Part shown: positions 62,801 through 64,000 of the stretch, one piece after another | Layout of the letters: each line of letters begins with the position of its first letter | Position numbering within the stretch: position 1 is the stretch's first letter | NCBI RefSeq assembly: GCF_964204645.1 | Contig: NC_134025.1 | Location: forward strand, 31,824,788 to 31,888,787 | Direction of reading: 5' to 3' | DNA: 64,000 nucleotides | Source of the DNA: Tubulanus polymorphus | Lineage: Eukaryota; Animalia; Nemertea | Translations under genes and position numbers: made by a program | Notes under the pieces: model-generated | What the model was told of the DNA's origin: nothing | Databases searched by the model: none | What the model saw: the letters and a program-made list of their open reading frames with translations, nothing else

Positions 62801-64000
62801 TAATTGATTGGTTAGGGTGTACTGAACTGATTTCAAATAGATAGGTGGAAAGATTAAGAATTTTCTGGCTATTTATGCTCCTGAAGATGATGGACTCGAT
62901 CTGAAACGTTAGGTTAAGGTAAACTGAACTGATTTCGTGTAGATGGACTGAAAGATACAGATTTTTCTTGCAAAATAGGGTCCTAAAGATGATGAATTCT
63001 ATCTTAATTGATGGGTTAGGGTGTACTGAACTGATTTCGAATAGATAGGTTGAAAGAATCAGAATTTTCTGGCTGCTTTTGGTTCTGAAGATGATGGATT
63101 CAACCTGAAAAGATGTGTTAAGGCGTATTGAACTGATTTCAAATAGATAGGTGGAAAGATTAAGAATTTTCTGGCTATTTATGCTCCTGAAGATGATGGA
63201 ATCGATCTGAAATGATAGGGTAAGGTAAACTGAACTGATTTCGAGTAGATGGACTGAAAGATACAGATTTTTCTTGCAAAATAGGGTCCTAAAGATGATG
63301 AATTCTATCTTAATTGATGGGTTAGGGTGAACTGAACTGATTTCAAATAGATAGGTGGAAAGAATCAGAATTTTCTGGCTGCCTTTGGTTCTGAAGATGA
63401 TGGACTCAATCTGAAAAGATGGGCTAAGGCGTATGGAACTGATTTCAAATAGATAGGTGGAAAGATTAAGAATTTTCTGGCTATTTATGCTCCTGAAGAT
63501 GATGGACTCGATCTGAAATGATAGGTTAAGGTAAACTGAACTGATTTCGAGTAGATGGACTGAAAGATACAGATTTTTCTTGCAAAATAGGGTCCCAAAG
63601 ATGATGAATTCTATCTTAATTGTTGGGTTAGGGTGTACTGAACTGATGTTCAATAGATTGGTTGAAAGATTCAGAATTTTCTGACTACTTATACTTCTGA
63701 AGTTGATTGAAACAATCTGAAAAGATGGGTTAAGGCGTATTGAACTGATTTCAAATAGATAGGTGGAAAGATTAAGAATTTTCTGGCTATTTATGCTCCT
63801 GAAGATGATGGACTCGATCTGAAATGATAGGTTAAGGTAAACTGAACTGATTCCGAGTAGATGGGATGAAAGATACAGATTTTTGTTGCAAAATAGGGTC
63901 CTAAAGATGATGAATTCTATCTTAATTAATGGGTTAGGGTGTAATGAACTGATGTCAAATAGATAGGTTGAAAGAATCAGAATTTTCTGGCTGCTTTTGG
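56811..64000 (-). pseudogene. Single ~2400-codon reading frame of 34-aa LRR-like repeats interrupted by two TAA codons (57324, 61608)
   Basis: Track ORFs 57324-60797 and 61608-63653 share a frame; 60798-61607 read by hand has no stop; the other five frames of the consensus C-type monomer contain stops. Confidence 0.35.
56835..64000. repeat. 102-bp tandem array with three monomer types and nested higher-order repeats; continues beyond the window
   Basis: Mostly 306-bp trimers with some dimers; marker gttcaatagattgg at 60792, 62220 and 63648 (1428 = 14x102); marker gaaacaatc at 60853 and 63709 (2856 = 28x102). Confidence 0.97.

Overview
AT-rich eukaryotic genomic DNA, probably from an invertebrate animal (inferred from GT-AG splice signals, MITEs and TTAGGG motifs). 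I recognise no conserved protein-coding gene. Positions 1-48800 are a tandem array of an ~11-12 kb macrosatellite-like unit. The anchor 'tggccccagggcactaaaa' occurs at 1, 6618, 17632, 29809, 35676 and 47188; three units are full length, one is rearranged and two are truncated. A second duplicated block (about 31812-34925 = 48800-52185) interrupts the array. A full unit carries a tRNA-Ala-like Pol III head fused to TTAGGG repeats, a 2-TM small ORF, a B-box tandem repeat, several MITE hairpins, an apparently spliced but largely non-coding minus-strand transcription unit whose ATG exon is a variable 64-bp (3n+1) minisatellite, and a ~3.8 kb segment bounded by ~197-bp inverted repeats that appears flipped and mostly deleted in unit 1. 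Positions 52900-56300 look like a CCAAT/CpG promoter plus short exon-like blocks. Positions 56835-64000 (running off the window) are a 102-bp tandem array with nested higher-order structure (306, 1428 and 2856 bp). It keeps one minus-strand frame open for ~7.2 kb with only two stops and no frameshift, and the 34-aa translation resembles degenerate leucine-rich repeats. This array is the best candidate for something undescribed, but ordinary satellite DNA is not excluded. All alignments were done by eye and boundaries are approximate.
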